64,000 bases of DNA from Setoptus koraiensis. Taxonomy: Eukaryota; Animalia; Arthropoda. A program made the translations under genes and the position numbers. The notes under the pieces were generated by a model. It had not been told where the DNA came from. It did no database searches and saw only the letters and a list, made by a program, of their open reading frames with translations. The stretch lies in NCBI GenBank assembly GCA_048013815.1, contig CM106586.1, forward strand, positions 18,724,001 through 18,788,000. The letters run 5' to 3'. How positions within the stretch are numbered: position 1 is the stretch's first letter; the number at the start of each line of letters is the position of its first letter. Below, piece after piece: positions 40,095 through 52,431 of the stretch.

Positions 40095-42482
40095 GTAAGT
40101 ACGACACGATCATTCACAAATCACCCGACAGTGCGCATCTAGCCACATCTAGAGCGACGCCAAACAACAACAACAACAGCAACAACAACCCCTGTCACTG
40201 TCATCTGCCTGCACCTGTCTGCACTTGCACCCCACAGCGTCACTGCAAGCTGTCGCTGTTGCCTCACCTGCCCGATAGGTGCCTCACCTGTCCGATAGGT
40301 CACCGTAACAGCAGCACGGTAACAAACACAGTTATCGATACACTTGCGCTTGTGCAATTATAATATGCACCCGGTTACCTGGTCAATTGGTGGAAACAAA
40401 ACAGTTGATTGACTTGAGAGAAATTATTGCCACTATTAACAAGCAAATTATATCTTCTCATCAGCGCGATTGACGCGTCGTTGCACACACACACTCGCAA
40501 CAACCACTATTATGTAACTGTAATTTTGCAGTAACACAATTTGTTGCTCGCTTGGCTCAACACTAACACTAATCACTGATCATGTAATAACAAGAGTGAC
40601 TTTTTATCAGTCGATAGTCACAGTTACTCTACTACAACACAGTTTTTCTTGCTATGATAACAGCAGCAAAATGTGCCAAACGAGACCACTAAATCGTCGA
40701 GTGACCTGACCACCAATTGGCGTCTCTCTATGACGTGTACGCGCCTAAATTGAATTGTCAGAATGATAAATGTGATGACAGCCGATGATTTAATGAGCCA
40801 CTCTAATTGTCATATTTTACATTTTGAATGAATCACTCGGCTTGGCACTGACATCGTCGGCGCTTGCCAGTGCCAAGCACATCGTGCAGTCATAATGTGA
40901 AACTCAGTGAACTCGTTCGAGGTTCTTGCCGGTCACTTACTGTTATACTGGTATATAAGTCATCTATGTCATATATTATTACGTAAGTTATTACAGTCGA
41001 CACACAACTAACGCACTTTGGCCGGTTGTATCACATGGCCATATAAAGTGTATCTATCCGATGGATACACTCGTTGAGCCGTTAGTGCCGTGGCAAATCA
41101 ATTCGAGAGCCAATTCAACAAAAATATTGACTTAGATTGTGATTTTTTTCAGCAGCGACAGCAGCCACAAACCAAGAGCTCTCACAAAAAGCCAGCCATT
41201 ATGGTTGCATTTTGACTTTCCATCAAAGGTTAGCAGTTCATACTACAGAGTATGCTCTATGATTGATCATTAAACATCAACATCGTTCAACAGTGATGAT
41301 GAATAATGTCACTCCATGTATAGCTAGATTAACTAGTGGCTAGGGGGTTTTTCAGCAAACACTTTTGTTTTATTAGTTATTGTACTTGCCGGGTAGTTGC
41401 ATCATTTTTGTTGTTTTTCATCACTCTCGTGTAATCATTTCAGCAAATTTCATAAGGTGCCCATAAATTGTCGTTTTAGGGTTTTGCTTTGTTTGTGTGT
41501 CTGATACAGTCATACGGCAACAAGAGTCAGATATGCACTTGTTGCCTGTTGTCTGTCTGTTTGTGTTTGTATCGCATAACGATATACATGTAATATATTA
41601 TATTAAATGTATACTAATAATATACTAATGGGCTGCTATTGTCGCTGCAACTACGCATTAATGCGCCATTACTGTGATTTGTTTGTTTGTCTGACGATGT
41701 ATCATTATCATGCTATTACAGTGTCGTTGATGTGTCGTCCTTGTCCCATCATTAATGCTAATAGAAGAAAACGATGATAATAATGTTGTTATCATCGTGA
41801 TGGTTGTCGTTGTCGTCTCAACTATTGAACACTATCATCGAGTCTCAACTATTATCGTAGCTACTTCACACATTACAAATTGCATGCACCAATACGGAGT
41901 TGTTATATAATCCAATTTATGCCAGTACAGTAAATTAGTTACTGCAACATGGAAGTGTTGTTATATTGGCGCTCAGGCAACAGCATCAACTCGTGATTAT
42001 TATTCTTACTGATACTGGTATAAACAATTATGTTCATTGCAGACAATCATTTTATTTTATCATTATTATCATACCAACAATTACAAATATTGCACCTAGG
42101 CCACAATGAGGACACTGTTATCAAGATGATGCTGATTTATCACGGTTAGAATCTCATTTTGTGAACATTGGCCAACCGACCAGGAGCTCGGCGGCAGCAG
42201 TTAATTTCCGATTGTCGATATGACAAATCTTTTTACCATTATTACCCATATTATTGTTGTTATTGCACCATAAGCGAATATTATTGTTATCATCGCAACA
42301 AAAGCGAATATCATTGGCGTCATCAAGCGCAGCAACATTTTTATTATTGGATCAGGACGCAACGAGACTTGGCCATTGAGCAAAAAATAAATCAATCGAA
42401 ATACACATTCAATTAGTGGCCTCGTTTATCGATTAATTGACCCTCTTTCTGTTCTCATTAATCACAAACTACCGTCTCAACC

Positions 42483-45400
42483 ATGGCGACAGTGTTGGCG
42501 TCTTCAATAATAAGAGAGAGCTCGGATATTGAGAGTTTGCTGTCTCTAAATCCAAAGTCGCGCGGCTATGCAAGTGTTGTGCCCACCGTTCAGACTAAAG
42601 TGGCTAAAAAACATTGGAAAAGAAACCAGGACAAGGGCTCAAGCGTTGTGAAAAAAGAGTTAATTGTAGCAAATTTTGACGATATAAAACATTCGACATT
42701 GAGCGAGCGAGCCGCTCTCAAGGAGGCGTCTAGGTGCCTGAAATGTGCCGATGCACCGTGCTCTAAAAGTTGTCCCACCCAAATAGACGTAAAAGCATTT
42801 ATAAGCATGATATCTAGCAAAAATTACTATGGCGCCGCAAAGATTATTCTCTCAGATAATCCGCTCGGTTTAACCTGTGGAATGGTGTGTCCCACTAGCG
42901 ATTTATGCGTCGGTGGCTGTAATTTGTATGCAAGCGAGGAGGGACCAATCAATATTGGCGGCTTGCAACAATTTGCAGTAGAGATGTTCAAGCTAATGAA
43001 TTTGCCCCAGGTGAGATCGCCTCAGGTGCAGGCTCTGGTGGACGGGGGACCCGAAGAATTGAGACAAGCCTTCGCGGCGCCCATTGCCCTGTTGGGCTGC
43101 GGTCCGGCCAGCATAAGTTGCGCCACTTTTCTGGCGCGACTAGGCTACCAAAACCTGACCATATATGAGAAGAATGCCTTTGGTGGCGGCCTGTCGCTCA
43201 CCGAGATACCCCAGTACCGGTTGCCCTATAATGTGGTGGATTTCGAGATACAATTCATGCAGGATCTGGGCGTTCAAATTAAATACAACAGCCCATTGAG
43301 TGCCAAGTCGCAATTGACAATAGACAATCTGCTCCACAGAGACAAATATGAGGCCGTGTTTGTGGGAGTGGGCAAGCCCCAACCGAAGATAGCCTCGATA
43401 TTTCGCCATCTCACTAAAGAGAACAGATTTTTCACCTCCAAAGAGTTTCTGCCTTTGGTGTCACAAGCGAGCAAGTCAAATTTCGAGCTTCGCACGGCCA
43501 GCTCGGCATGCAGCGCCAGAAAACAAAACGGCGCCGGCTGCTGTAAATCGTCGTCGCCGTCATCGTCGGCAGCAACAGGTTGTTGTTGCGCTGCGATAAA
43601 GGTCAATGTCAATGTGAATCAATTGCCAAAATTGCACGGCCGAGTCATAGTGCTGGGCTGTGGCGACACAGCCTTCGATTGTGCCACCTCGGCCATTAGA
43701 TGCGGCGCCACCAAGGTTTTTGTCTGCTTCCGGCGCGGATTCAGCCACATACGGGCCGTGCCAGAGGAAATGAGTTTGGCCATTGATGAGAAGTGCGAAT
43801 TCATGCCTTTCATGACGCCCAAAGAGGTTATTTTGGCTGGTGACGGCAAAATTGTCGCAATGGACTTTTACAAGACAGAGCTGACGGACGATGCGTCGGA
43901 CAGAGTGATAATTGACGAAAATCAAATTATTAGATTGCGCGTTGACTTTATAATATCGGCCTTCGGGTCGCAATTGGACGATCCCGACATGTTGGCCGCA
44001 CTGAAGCCCATCAAGCTCAACGATGAAACGGGCATTCCCATTATAGACGCGCACACAATGATGAGCTCGCAGCCGGGCGTCTTTTGCGGCGGCGACCTGT
44101 CTGGGCACACCGAGACCACCGTTGAGGCCGTCAACGACGGCAAGACGGCCGCTTGGAATATCCACAAGTATATCCAGGCCAAACGTCAGGTGAGGTTGCC
44201 GCTGGAGGTGGCCAACTTGATGCCGCAATCGTTGCCCATCATGTACACGCCCGTTGACATGATTGACATAAGCGTTGAGGTGTGCGGCATAAAATTTGAG
44301 AATCCATTCGGTCTGGCGAGCGCGCCGCCAACCACTAGCTCGGCAATGATTAGGCGCGCCTTTGAGGCGGGCTGGGGCTTTGCCGTAACGAAAACGTTTG
44401 CCCTAGACAAGGACAATGTCACCAATGTGTCGCCGCGCATTGTGCGCGGCACCACCTCGGGCCACAGCTACGGGCCGGGTCAGGGTAGCTTCTTAAACAT
44501 AGAGCTTATTAGCGAAAAATCCTGCCAATATTGGCTGACCAGCATCAGAGAACTGAAGAAGGTGCACCCGACAAAGGTGCTCATAGCGAGCATTATGTGT
44601 GGCTTCGTGGAACAGGACTGGAAAGAATTGGCCCGGCGGGCCCAAGAGTCGGGCGCCGACGCCCTAGAATTGAATCTGTCGTGTCCGCACGGAATGGGCG
44701 AAAAGGGCATGGGTCTGGCCTGCGGTCAAAAGCCCGAGCTAGTGCAACAGATATGCGCCTGGGTGCGCACTGTCACCACGATACCCTTCTTTGCCAAGCT
44801 TACGCCAAATGTCACCAACATCGACACTATTGCCCGGGCGGCTTATGAGGGCAAAGCCGACGGTGTCACGGCCATCAACACAGTGTCGGGCCTCATGACA
44901 ATAGGCGCCGACGGACGCCCTTGGCCAGCGGTGGGCCACGAGGCCAAAACTACATACGGCGGCGTCTCAGGTAATGCCATTAGACCGCTGGCGCTCAGGG
45001 GTGTTGCCTCGGTGGCCAAGGCACTGCCCGGATTTCCTATTCTGGCTACGGGCGGCATTGATTCGGCCGAGACTGCGCTCCAGTTTATATATGCGGGCGC
45101 CAGTTGTGTTCAAGTGTGCAGCGCTGTCCAAAATCAAGATTTTTCCGTCATTAGCGATTACATTTCCGGTTTGAAGGCGCTATTGTATTTGCGCGCTTCA
45201 AAGCAATCACACAAGTGGCTCGGACAGTCGCTGAGCAAACTGCCCAAACATCAGAAGGGGCACCCTGTGTTGTCGGTAGAGGGCGACCTGCCCTTCTTTG
45301 GTCACTACAAGGAACAGCGTGAATTGTTAATGATGGAGGCTCGCAAGAGACAACTAGATACAACTGAAGCATCGACGCCCGCAAACGATGAACAAAACAT

Positions 45401-45755
45401 TGAGCCCGTGAATACGTTGGTAGAAAATAAGCGCCTCAAGGATTATATTGGCCAGAGCAATAGTCGCATTGGACCTTATAAGGATCTAGACAATCGCCAG
45501 CAAGTGGTGGCAGTGATAGATAACGATATGTGTATCAATTGTGGCAAATGCTACATGACTTGTAACGATTCCGGCTATCAAGCGATCGAGTTCAATTCGC
45601 AGACCCACATACCTAAGGTGAACGACGATCATTGTACTGGTTGCACCTTGTGTGTATCTGTTTGTCCCATAATTGATTGTATTCAAATGGTTGAGAGGAG
45701 TGGGCCTCTGTATGAGCCTAACAGAGTGAAAATTATTGTTGACGACTGCAAATAA
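42483..45755 (+). CDS. DPYD: Dihydropyrimidine dehydrogenase [NADP+], single exon, 1090 aa
   Basis: N-terminal Fe-S motifs [15 protein letters not shown] and [15 protein letters not shown]; FAD and NADPH motifs GCGPAS and [10 protein letters not shown]; FMN-domain motif [13 protein letters not shown]; active-site loop [20 protein letters not shown]; C-terminal 2x[4Fe-4S] motifs [11 protein letters not shown] and [12 protein letters not shown]. Confidence 0.97.
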   Translation: MATVLASSIIRESSDIESLLSLNPKSRGYASVVPTVQTKVAKKHWKRNQDKGSSVVKKELIVANFDDIKHSTLSERAALKEASRCLKCADAPCSKSCPTQIDVKAFISMISSKNYYGAAKIILSDNPLGLTCGMVCPTSDLCVGGCNLYASEEGPINIGGLQQFAVEMFKLMNLPQVRSPQVQALVDGGPEELRQAFAAPIALLGCGPASISCATFLARLGYQNLTIYEKNAFGGGLSLTEIPQYRLPYNVVDFEIQFMQDLGVQIKYNSPLSAKSQLTIDNLLHRDKYEAVFVGVGKPQPKIASIFRHLTKENRFFTSKEFLPLVSQASKSNFELRTASSACSARKQNGAGCCKSSSPSSSAATGCCCAAIKVNVNVNQLPKLHGRVIVLGCGDTAFDCATSAIRCGATKVFVCFRRGFSHIRAVPEEMSLAIDEKCEFMPFMTPKEVILAGDGKIVAMDFYKTELTDDASDRVIIDENQIIRLRVDFIISAFGSQLDDPDMLAALKPIKLNDETGIPIIDAHTMMSSQPGVFCGGDLSGHTETTVEAVNDGKTAAWNIHKYIQAKRQVRLPLEVANLMPQSLPIMYTPVDMIDISVEVCGIKFENPFGLASAPPTTSSAMIRRAFEAGWGFAVTKTFALDKDNVTNVSPRIVRGTTSGHSYGPGQGSFLNIELISEKSCQYWLTSIRELKKVHPTKVLIASIMCGFVEQDWKELARRAQESGADALELNLSCPHGMGEKGMGLACGQKPELVQQICAWVRTVTTIPFFAKLTPNVTNIDTIARAAYEGKADGVTAINTVSGLMTIGADGRPWPAVGHEAKTTYGGVSGNAIRPLALRGVASVAKALPGFPILATGGIDSAETALQFIYAGASCVQVCSAVQNQDFSVISDYISGLKALLYLRASKQSHKWLGQSLSKLPKHQKGHPVLSVEGDLPFFGHYKEQRELLMMEARKRQLDTTEASTPANDEQNIEPVNTLVENKRLKDYIGQSNSRIGPYKDLDNRQQVVAVIDNDMCINCGKCYMTCNDSGYQAIEFNSQTHIPKVNDDHCTGCTLCVSVCPIIDCIQMVERSGPLYEPNRVKIIVDDCK

Positions 45756-46365
45756 TAGTAACAACATTTACATCCCTATGTACATTGTTGGTCGAATGAA
45801 TGGTGAACTCGTTCGCAACTAACACCAATGGCTACTTCATGAGTTTGAATTTTGATTTGTTTTTCAAATTAACGAGCTTCTCGATAATATCTAGTATGAT
45901 TGAATCATTTCTTCTCAGGTGATGTAACGGTGTGGTCCCGATTATGCAGGCAAGCACATTGTGTCTTTGGATGTCTTCTACATCTCCAAATGAATCTTCG
46001 AACGGGTTCCTTGATAAACGACACTTGATGACGACGACTGCATCGTGATGCAATTCACTTGGTTCGTTTGCTAGATACGTCTGGAGCTGCATAGCCCAAC
46101 TTGCAATAGTGGGCGAATAGACCGAGCGTTTCGAACAGCGCTGACGCAAGTCAGATAGTCACCGGAAATGGAGAAATGTAGAGCAGGGAGATATCAGGGT
46201 CCCCCGTTCTTCTAATTAATGAAGACAACAAAGGGACGCTTCTCTGGTACAATACCGCCGTAAAGCTCCGAAAGTTTCTATTCAGACGGGGCGGGACATC
46301 ACCCGAAAGGTGGCGGGCCGGTATCCGGCCACCATGGGAGCGCCACCGATCGGCTAACTGCAACA

Positions 46366-46400
46366 GAAAAACTGAATCAGTTAAACTGATTCAGTTTTTC
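46366..46400. repeat. Perfect 15-bp inverted repeat (hairpin)
   Basis: gaaaaactgaatcag-ttaaa-ctgattcagtttttc; the arms are exact reverse complements. Confidence 0.9.
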
Positions 46401-47923
46401 CCTTTTGAATCGGGCGCCATAAATTTGCGGTTGTGCGTCTGTTGTGTCAGTGCTAATATTCACCTAGTCCTGTTTGTGTGTCCGTTTGTAAGCATTGGGT
46501 GTTAAATCACTTCTTGAGAGCACGGTTTCTGTGCAGACCGCACAAGAACGTGTTTTAGATCTCTCATGTGCACATTTGAAAACTAATTCCTTCAATATCT
46601 ACGGCATATTTTACGCGCGGCTGTGTCTGGCCGCACACATTTACGCTCAGAAAAAAAGCAACCCTTGCCTGTGGAAAATACTGCACAGAACATTAAAAGA
46701 AGTGAATTAACACTGAAAATGTTCGCATCCCAATATGTATACTGCTAACAAGCTTACGTTATTGCAACTACACTGTTCATATGAATGCGCTCTAATTTTG
46801 TGTTTGTTTGTATGGTTGTGGTGTTGTTGTTGTTGTTATTGCTGATGATTACTTCTGATGTACCAGTATCATTTACCAAGGGTACCAGAGATATTTATTC
46901 ATAATCACGCTATCAGGCCGTTGTTGATGTAGCCTTATCATTAATAATATTATTAGCAAAAAGGGTAATCATGTTATCATCGCAATCGCTGACATCGTCT
47001 TGCCTTACCTAGGCCAAGCTCCACTCCTGAACGTTATCATCGTCATAATAATTATCATTATTATCATTATAAATTAGTATTTGGAATTTAGGGATAACAT
47101 TGGCAGTGTAGCAACAGCATCGGCACACTACCATTATCATTATTACAGGCAACAAGAGTAATAATTATCGCACACAATTATTACAAGTATTTTTTGTTAT
47201 CATTATTTTCATTATTGAATTTAATATTCACATACTTACAATATATTTATTTATATTTATATTAGTAATAGATGGTTATAAGAGCAACACTACAACAAAA
47301 CAATAGTAATAATATTTCATGGTAACTGACAACTTTCACCGACTCACCTCACACAATTCACAATATTCAAGCAAACAACCACTAACATTGCCACCATGAG
47401 GAGACTGTTATCAAGATGATGCTGATTCTCACTATGATTGGGACAAGCAAGCGATTAAATTATTTCTTTCAAACCAATAATAAGTCAGGCAAACAACCAC
47501 TATTAGCAGATCGGCGAACCAACCAGGAGCTTATCATTACTTGATTAATTACGATTATTATTATTATTATTTATATAATTCTTGGTAGCAGTGGTACAAG
47601 TATTTATATTCTTTATATCAAAATACTGCCAGTGATACTGCAACACGGCAACAACATCGGAAACAAAATCAAAAATAATAATAACATTCGTTGGTCAAGG
47701 CACAACATGGCAAACTGTTGGATTGATTTAGCTCACAAGAAATAGCAATCTAGCTTACGAGAGACACACACACTAATAAACAACTTTATGATATCTTTTT
47801 TACATCACACCGCTGAACCCATTCGAATCTGATGACATATCATCAATAATACTACAACCATATATATATGTATGTTTAGATATATATATACCACAACCAC
47901 CATCGAGGGAATTTTCGTCTGTT

Positions 47924-49884
47924 ATGGCCGCCAGGAAGGGCATTCTATTCAAATGGACCAATTATGTGCATGGGTGGCAATCAAGATTTTTCGTTGTTAA
48001 AAACGGCATTCTCATGTACTATAGATCAGAGCAAGAGACCTCATTTGGGTGCCGTGGCGCAATATCAATAATGGCCTCAACGTTGACACTACACGAATTT
48101 GATTGTTGCCGATTCGATGTGGGCGTCAGTGATTATGTCTGGTATCTACGTGCCTCGTCAAAGGATGAACGTGATGAATGGCTACAAGTATTGAATCTTC
48201 AGGCTAAAGAGCAACAGCAACAATTGATTGGACTAAACATCACAAACGATGGACTAGAGCTGTCCTTGAACCAACACCAGACAACAGTAACGGATACGCC
48301 ATTCATTGAGTCATCTATTATTCCACTATTGAATGCAATTTCCTGCCAAAATAATGATTCAAAGAAATATCACAACCACTCCCCGTCGCTTATATCTTCC
48401 GATGAATCAGCAACCTTACAAAATCAACAAGATGAACCTAGTGAGTTTTTTGATGCCATAGATGATCAGATTTTGATAGAGAATTCTGAAAATTCAGCAG
48501 CCACTATCCTTAGCAACAATTCTGTTTTACATACATCAGTCAAGATTGGCCATCATGGTTATCACTCCGCTGAAAATGGTGATCAACCAGACAGAGATTC
48601 ACAGACACTTTTAGCAAAAACCCCAAATCACATTAATAGCATAGACAACAATGAAAACAATAATTTAAAATGTTCAAGAAACACTACTACTACTACAGTC
48701 ACAACTACTAGCAACAACTACAAAACCCCCTCGATGCAGTCTATTCAGCATCCATTGTGGTCCAAAATTGACCTCATCACTTCCGAGCAGTTATTCTATG
48801 CTCAAATGGGCCTAGGACAACAAGGAACGCATGAAGGCTGGCAATTATTCGCAGAGGATGGCCAAATGAGAATGTATACACGCGAAATGGAAATCGACGG
48901 GCTTGTTTGTGATCCCCTAAAAGCGGTCCATGTTGTCAAGGGTATAACTGGATTCGAAATGTGCCATAGATTCTTCAGTCCAGATCTAAGATTTGAATGG
49001 GAACAAACTCTCGAATCCATGAAGGTTGTGGAAGAGATTGATAAAAACACACAAATATTTCACCAGATACACAAAAGAGTCTGGCCAGCCGCTCAGAGAG
49101 ATGCAGTATTCTGGTCCCATATAAGGCAAGTGGCTGAACCACAGGCTAGTTGTCTATCCCCCGATGATGACTACCCGAAAAATCGTCCAGATTTAAAGTT
49201 GCACAGCGTTTGGATTGTATGCAACAATTCTGCTGATAAGCCAGATATTCCAGTAAGTACTAGGACATTTACACTAATTGTTGACACTTATGCTTGATTG
49301 TCATTAATTCAATTATTTGTCATATTCTTTGACCTTAAACTATCTCACACACACACAGTTGGATAGATGCGTTCGTGTTAGATTGACTGTGAGCCTAGTC
49401 TGTGAGACATATATAAGTGCTAATTTAGATTCCAATCTACAAGGAATAACACGGGACGATTTAACGTGCAAAATAATTTATTCATCTACAAGTAAGTATA
49501 CTTAAGTGAGCTATTTCTTCCTCGTCTTAGATCGAGTGAAATAAGAATCCAAAGAGCACACGTCATTCACATAACTATGTCAGTGCCATCAATCACCAAT
49601 GTTACCTCTTGTTGGTTGTGCATTGAGTTGCATAAATCTACCTTAATTAACAGTGTCCTAACTTTTTCTACCAGCACGATTCAACAATCTAGCTAACCTT
49701 CGACTAATTAATTAATCCTTATATTTTACTCATGTCATGTGATGTTATTACAGTAAATCCAGGTGGTTGGGCTCCGGCTTCAGTGTTGCGTACCTTGTAC
49801 AAGAGAGAGTATCCTCGATTCTTGAAAAACTTCGCCAATTATGTCATAAGCTCTACGAAGAATAAAGCTATAATTTTTGAGTAA
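47924..49884 (+). CDS. CERT1: Ceramide transfer protein (PH-FFAT-START), 3 exons, ~530 aa
   Basis: Exons 47924-49252, 49359-49491 and 49754-49884 (gtaagt donors, cag acceptors, phases 0 and 1). PH motif [12 protein letters not shown]; FFAT motif EFFDAID; START motifs [23 protein letters not shown] and [24 protein letters not shown]. Confidence 0.93.
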
Positions 49885-50111
49885 TGCAAAGTGGAGATAA
49901 CATCATTTATTAAACTTGAACACACAGATAACATTTGATATATTTATTATTATCTACGTATTCCTTTTGGGATGTATTTGTTTGTTTGTGTGAGTTGATT
50001 TTGGGTAAATCGACTTTTTCTTTTAAACAGGTTCCTAATAATTGTCTTGAACTAAAACTATACAACAACAACAATATTTATAACGAAATTATTAACTAAT
50101 TTACAAATTTA

Positions 50112-50115
<4 letters not shown>

Positions 50116-50186
<71 letters not shown>
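50116..50186. repeat. (CT)n microsatellite in the left arm
   Basis: About 35 CT units; the equivalent right-arm position (~60360-60425) is only a degenerate GA-rich tract. Confidence 0.92.
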
Positions 50187-50188
<2 letters not shown>

Positions 50189-50326
50189 ATCTTCGTCTCA
50201 TTAACTTCGTCTCTATCGTTTCTGTCGCTCTTGCCTACCATTTCCTGTTACTTTCGGTATAATTATATATCATCTATAATCACACTGTATCTATCCATAT
50301 ATCTATCTCCTTATTTACACTGACAG

Positions 50327-50913
50327 TGCTTACCACAAACTTGGTTAGTTTGTGTGGAATTACAATTGATATTGTTGACAGTTCCAATAATTTACTTTCT
50401 GAACAAAAACTATGAATATCAAAAGGGGGAATACAGTTGGAAGACTGCTCCAAGTGTACTATTACTAGGCGCTATACTCATTGGGGCTTGTTACAATTTT
50501 TACAATGTCTACATGAATCAGCTTCCACCTGCTTGGTCTTATAGGATGGCAGATCCAGATGGTAAAGCCATTTATTTTAGCCAACACATGTTTACCATAT
50601 TTCTGTACCAGATGAGGATAGGAAATTCACTTGTCTATCTAGGTTACTTGCGCATCCAATATTTGTTGCATTTGGCAAACTATCATTTTTGGCTTATATC
50701 ATTCATCCTATTGTTCACATGAGCGTTTTGGCCATACAAGAGCAACCAATATTCTCTAGTTGGCTCATGCTATTTCATGTATTTAGTGGAAATATCATAT
50801 TGACTATCGGACTATCGTTGTTAATATCGATATTTGTTGAGATGCCTATTAGAAATTTATTCAGACGAAGCCGCACTTGTATGCTTCTGGGCAGCACCAG
50901 GTACATTCAATGA
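50327..50913 (+). pseudogene. Orphan duplicate of the last exon of the NRF-6/acyltransferase-3 gene, with a net 271-nt frameshifting deletion
   Basis: Inverted copy of 60266-59409 that keeps its tgacag acceptor. It is 587 nt versus 858 nt; the deletion joins ...FSQHMF to the ...VPDEDRKF region near 50592. Upstream exons were not duplicated because the breakpoint lies in intron 3. Confidence 0.85.
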
Positions 50914-52431
50914 GGACCTATTATGCTTCATGTGTGATCTAACTAATGTTCCCTCAGCCAAAGCGGCCAATAAAGATAACTCGCCCGCCAATACAGAGGC
51001 ACAAACAATCCTGGCAAATTTCTCTGCGTTATAGCCCGGCTTATATGGGGGTAGCGATGATCCATTGATTCCCATCATTTTGAGACAATTACTTTGAGCC
51101 TCTAGTATAGTTCCGCCGCCCACCGTACCACATTCAATTGATGGCATCGTACAATGTACTACCAACGAGCCATTTTCGCGATCTTGACTCATGCTAATTA
51201 TACAATTCGAGCTAGTTACATTCTGAGCGGGATCTTGGCCACAAGCAATATATAACGCCGTCACAATATTGGCCGCCTGAGAATTAAATCCACCTATGCT
51301 TCCAGCCAGAGCTGACCCAATCATTACTTTATCCCTCCATAGGTCCACCATTTTCTCAACGGACACCTTCAGTACAGATTGTACTATTTCCTTTGGTAAG
51401 GTTGCTTCGCATTGGACGTCCTTGCCGCGTCCATTTATCCAATTCACTGCAGCCGGCTTTTTATCTGTACAATAGTTACTACTCAAACTAACCACCTCCA
51501 TTGAGGGAAATGCTTTTTTTATCTCTTCTAAGGCTCTTTCTGTTCCTTTAGACAACATATTCATGCCCATTGCGTCACCGGTGGTAGCCATAAATCTTAT
51601 GTACAATAGATGGCCTTGCCGCTTGATTGTATAATCTTCTAATTTGGCATATTTAGATGTCGAATCAAATGCTGTGATTAATTTCTCCTTATTGTGTCTA
51701 TCCTCGAGCCACAGCATGGCCTCTTCGACTTCTTCAAGATTTCGCAGCTTTACACAGGGAGCTCGTGTCATGAAATTTTTCGCACAATGACTCTTGACAC
51801 CGCCGCTTTTGGTTAGTGCAGAAAAGGCACGGTTTGTACTGGCAACCAAACAACCTTCTGTGGTTGCCATTGGAACATATAACTCTTCATTATCCAACAA
51901 TAATGGTCCGGCCACCCCCACTGGTACTTGAACATAACCAATAACATTTTCACAACAGGCACCGACCACCCTGCCATAATCAAAATTGTCCACGGGCAAA
52001 TTTTTTATACCTTCAGCACGATCGTAAGGTAGCTTCTGTGAATAGAATAACCTCCTCACTCTGACGCTTCTGTCTGGATTGCCGATGTATGTCTCCAATT
52101 TGTGGACCGCAATGAGCTTTTGATTGAGAAGTTCTATTAATACGCGATCATCTAGCTGTGATGCATCGAAGCTACCATCTAGGATCTGTTTTTTATAAAA
52201 ATCAATATTACAATTATTTACATTTTGTTGTTGCTGTTGTTGTTGTTGTTGTTGCTGTTGTTGTAGTTGCTGCTGTTGCGATTTACCGCTGCTCTGTGTC
52301 TGAACAGCGGCAGCTAGGTGCTGTTTTGGCGGGTGATTGTTATTAAAATAGAGGTTAGTGTGAAAATCTGACTGATTGACTTGCAACTGGGGAGCTTGAA
52401 CGTGAACTCCATTACCATATTCGGAACACAT
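50857..52431 (-). CDS. HMGCR: HMG-CoA reductase, class I catalytic domain, copy L (524 aa, no membrane domain seen)
   Basis: Motifs ENVIGY, PMATTEGCLVASTNR, TGDAMGMNMLSKG, cis-loop NYCTDKKP, ACGQDPAQN, GTVGGGT and C-terminal HMKHNRS (catalytic His and AMPK-site Ser); uninterrupted ORF. Confidence 0.95.
   Translation of the reverse strand: MCSEYGNGVHVQAPQLQVNQSDFHTNLYFNNNHPPKQHLAAAVQTQSSGKSQQQQLQQQQQQQQQQQQQNVNNCNIDFYKKQILDGSFDASQLDDRVLIELLNQKLIAVHKLETYIGNPDRSVRVRRLFYSQKLPYDRAEGIKNLPVDNFDYGRVVGACCENVIGYVQVPVGVAGPLLLDNEELYVPMATTEGCLVASTNRAFSALTKSGGVKSHCAKNFMTRAPCVKLRNLEEVEEAMLWLEDRHNKEKLITAFDSTSKYAKLEDYTIKRQGHLLYIRFMATTGDAMGMNMLSKGTERALEEIKKAFPSMEVVSLSSNYCTDKKPAAVNWINGRGKDVQCEATLPKEIVQSVLKVSVEKMVDLWRDKVMIGSALAGSIGGFNSQAANIVTALYIACGQDPAQNVTSSNCIISMSQDRENGSLVVHCTMPSIECGTVGGGTILEAQSNCLKMMGINGSSLPPYKPGYNAEKFARIVCASVLAGELSLLAALAEGTLVRSHMKHNRSSLNVPGAAQKHTSAASSE

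Noticed and set aside
42101-42137. 37-nt shared element as a C/D snoRNA or SECIS (ATGAGGA...CTGA)
   Set aside because: Too short for a C/D snoRNA, box C is imperfect, there is no convincing SECIS helix, and it lies 5' rather than 3' of genes.
43560-44228. 222-aa minus-strand ORF and other ORFs antisense to DPYD, Dok and iav
   Set aside because: Shadow ORFs caused by codon bias of the sense gene.
42483-45755. Horizontal transfer of intronless DPYD or HMGCR from bacteria
   Set aside because: DPYD is the fused single-chain animal type, and HMGCR has class I eukaryotic motifs including the C-terminal HNRS. Intron loss is the simpler explanation.
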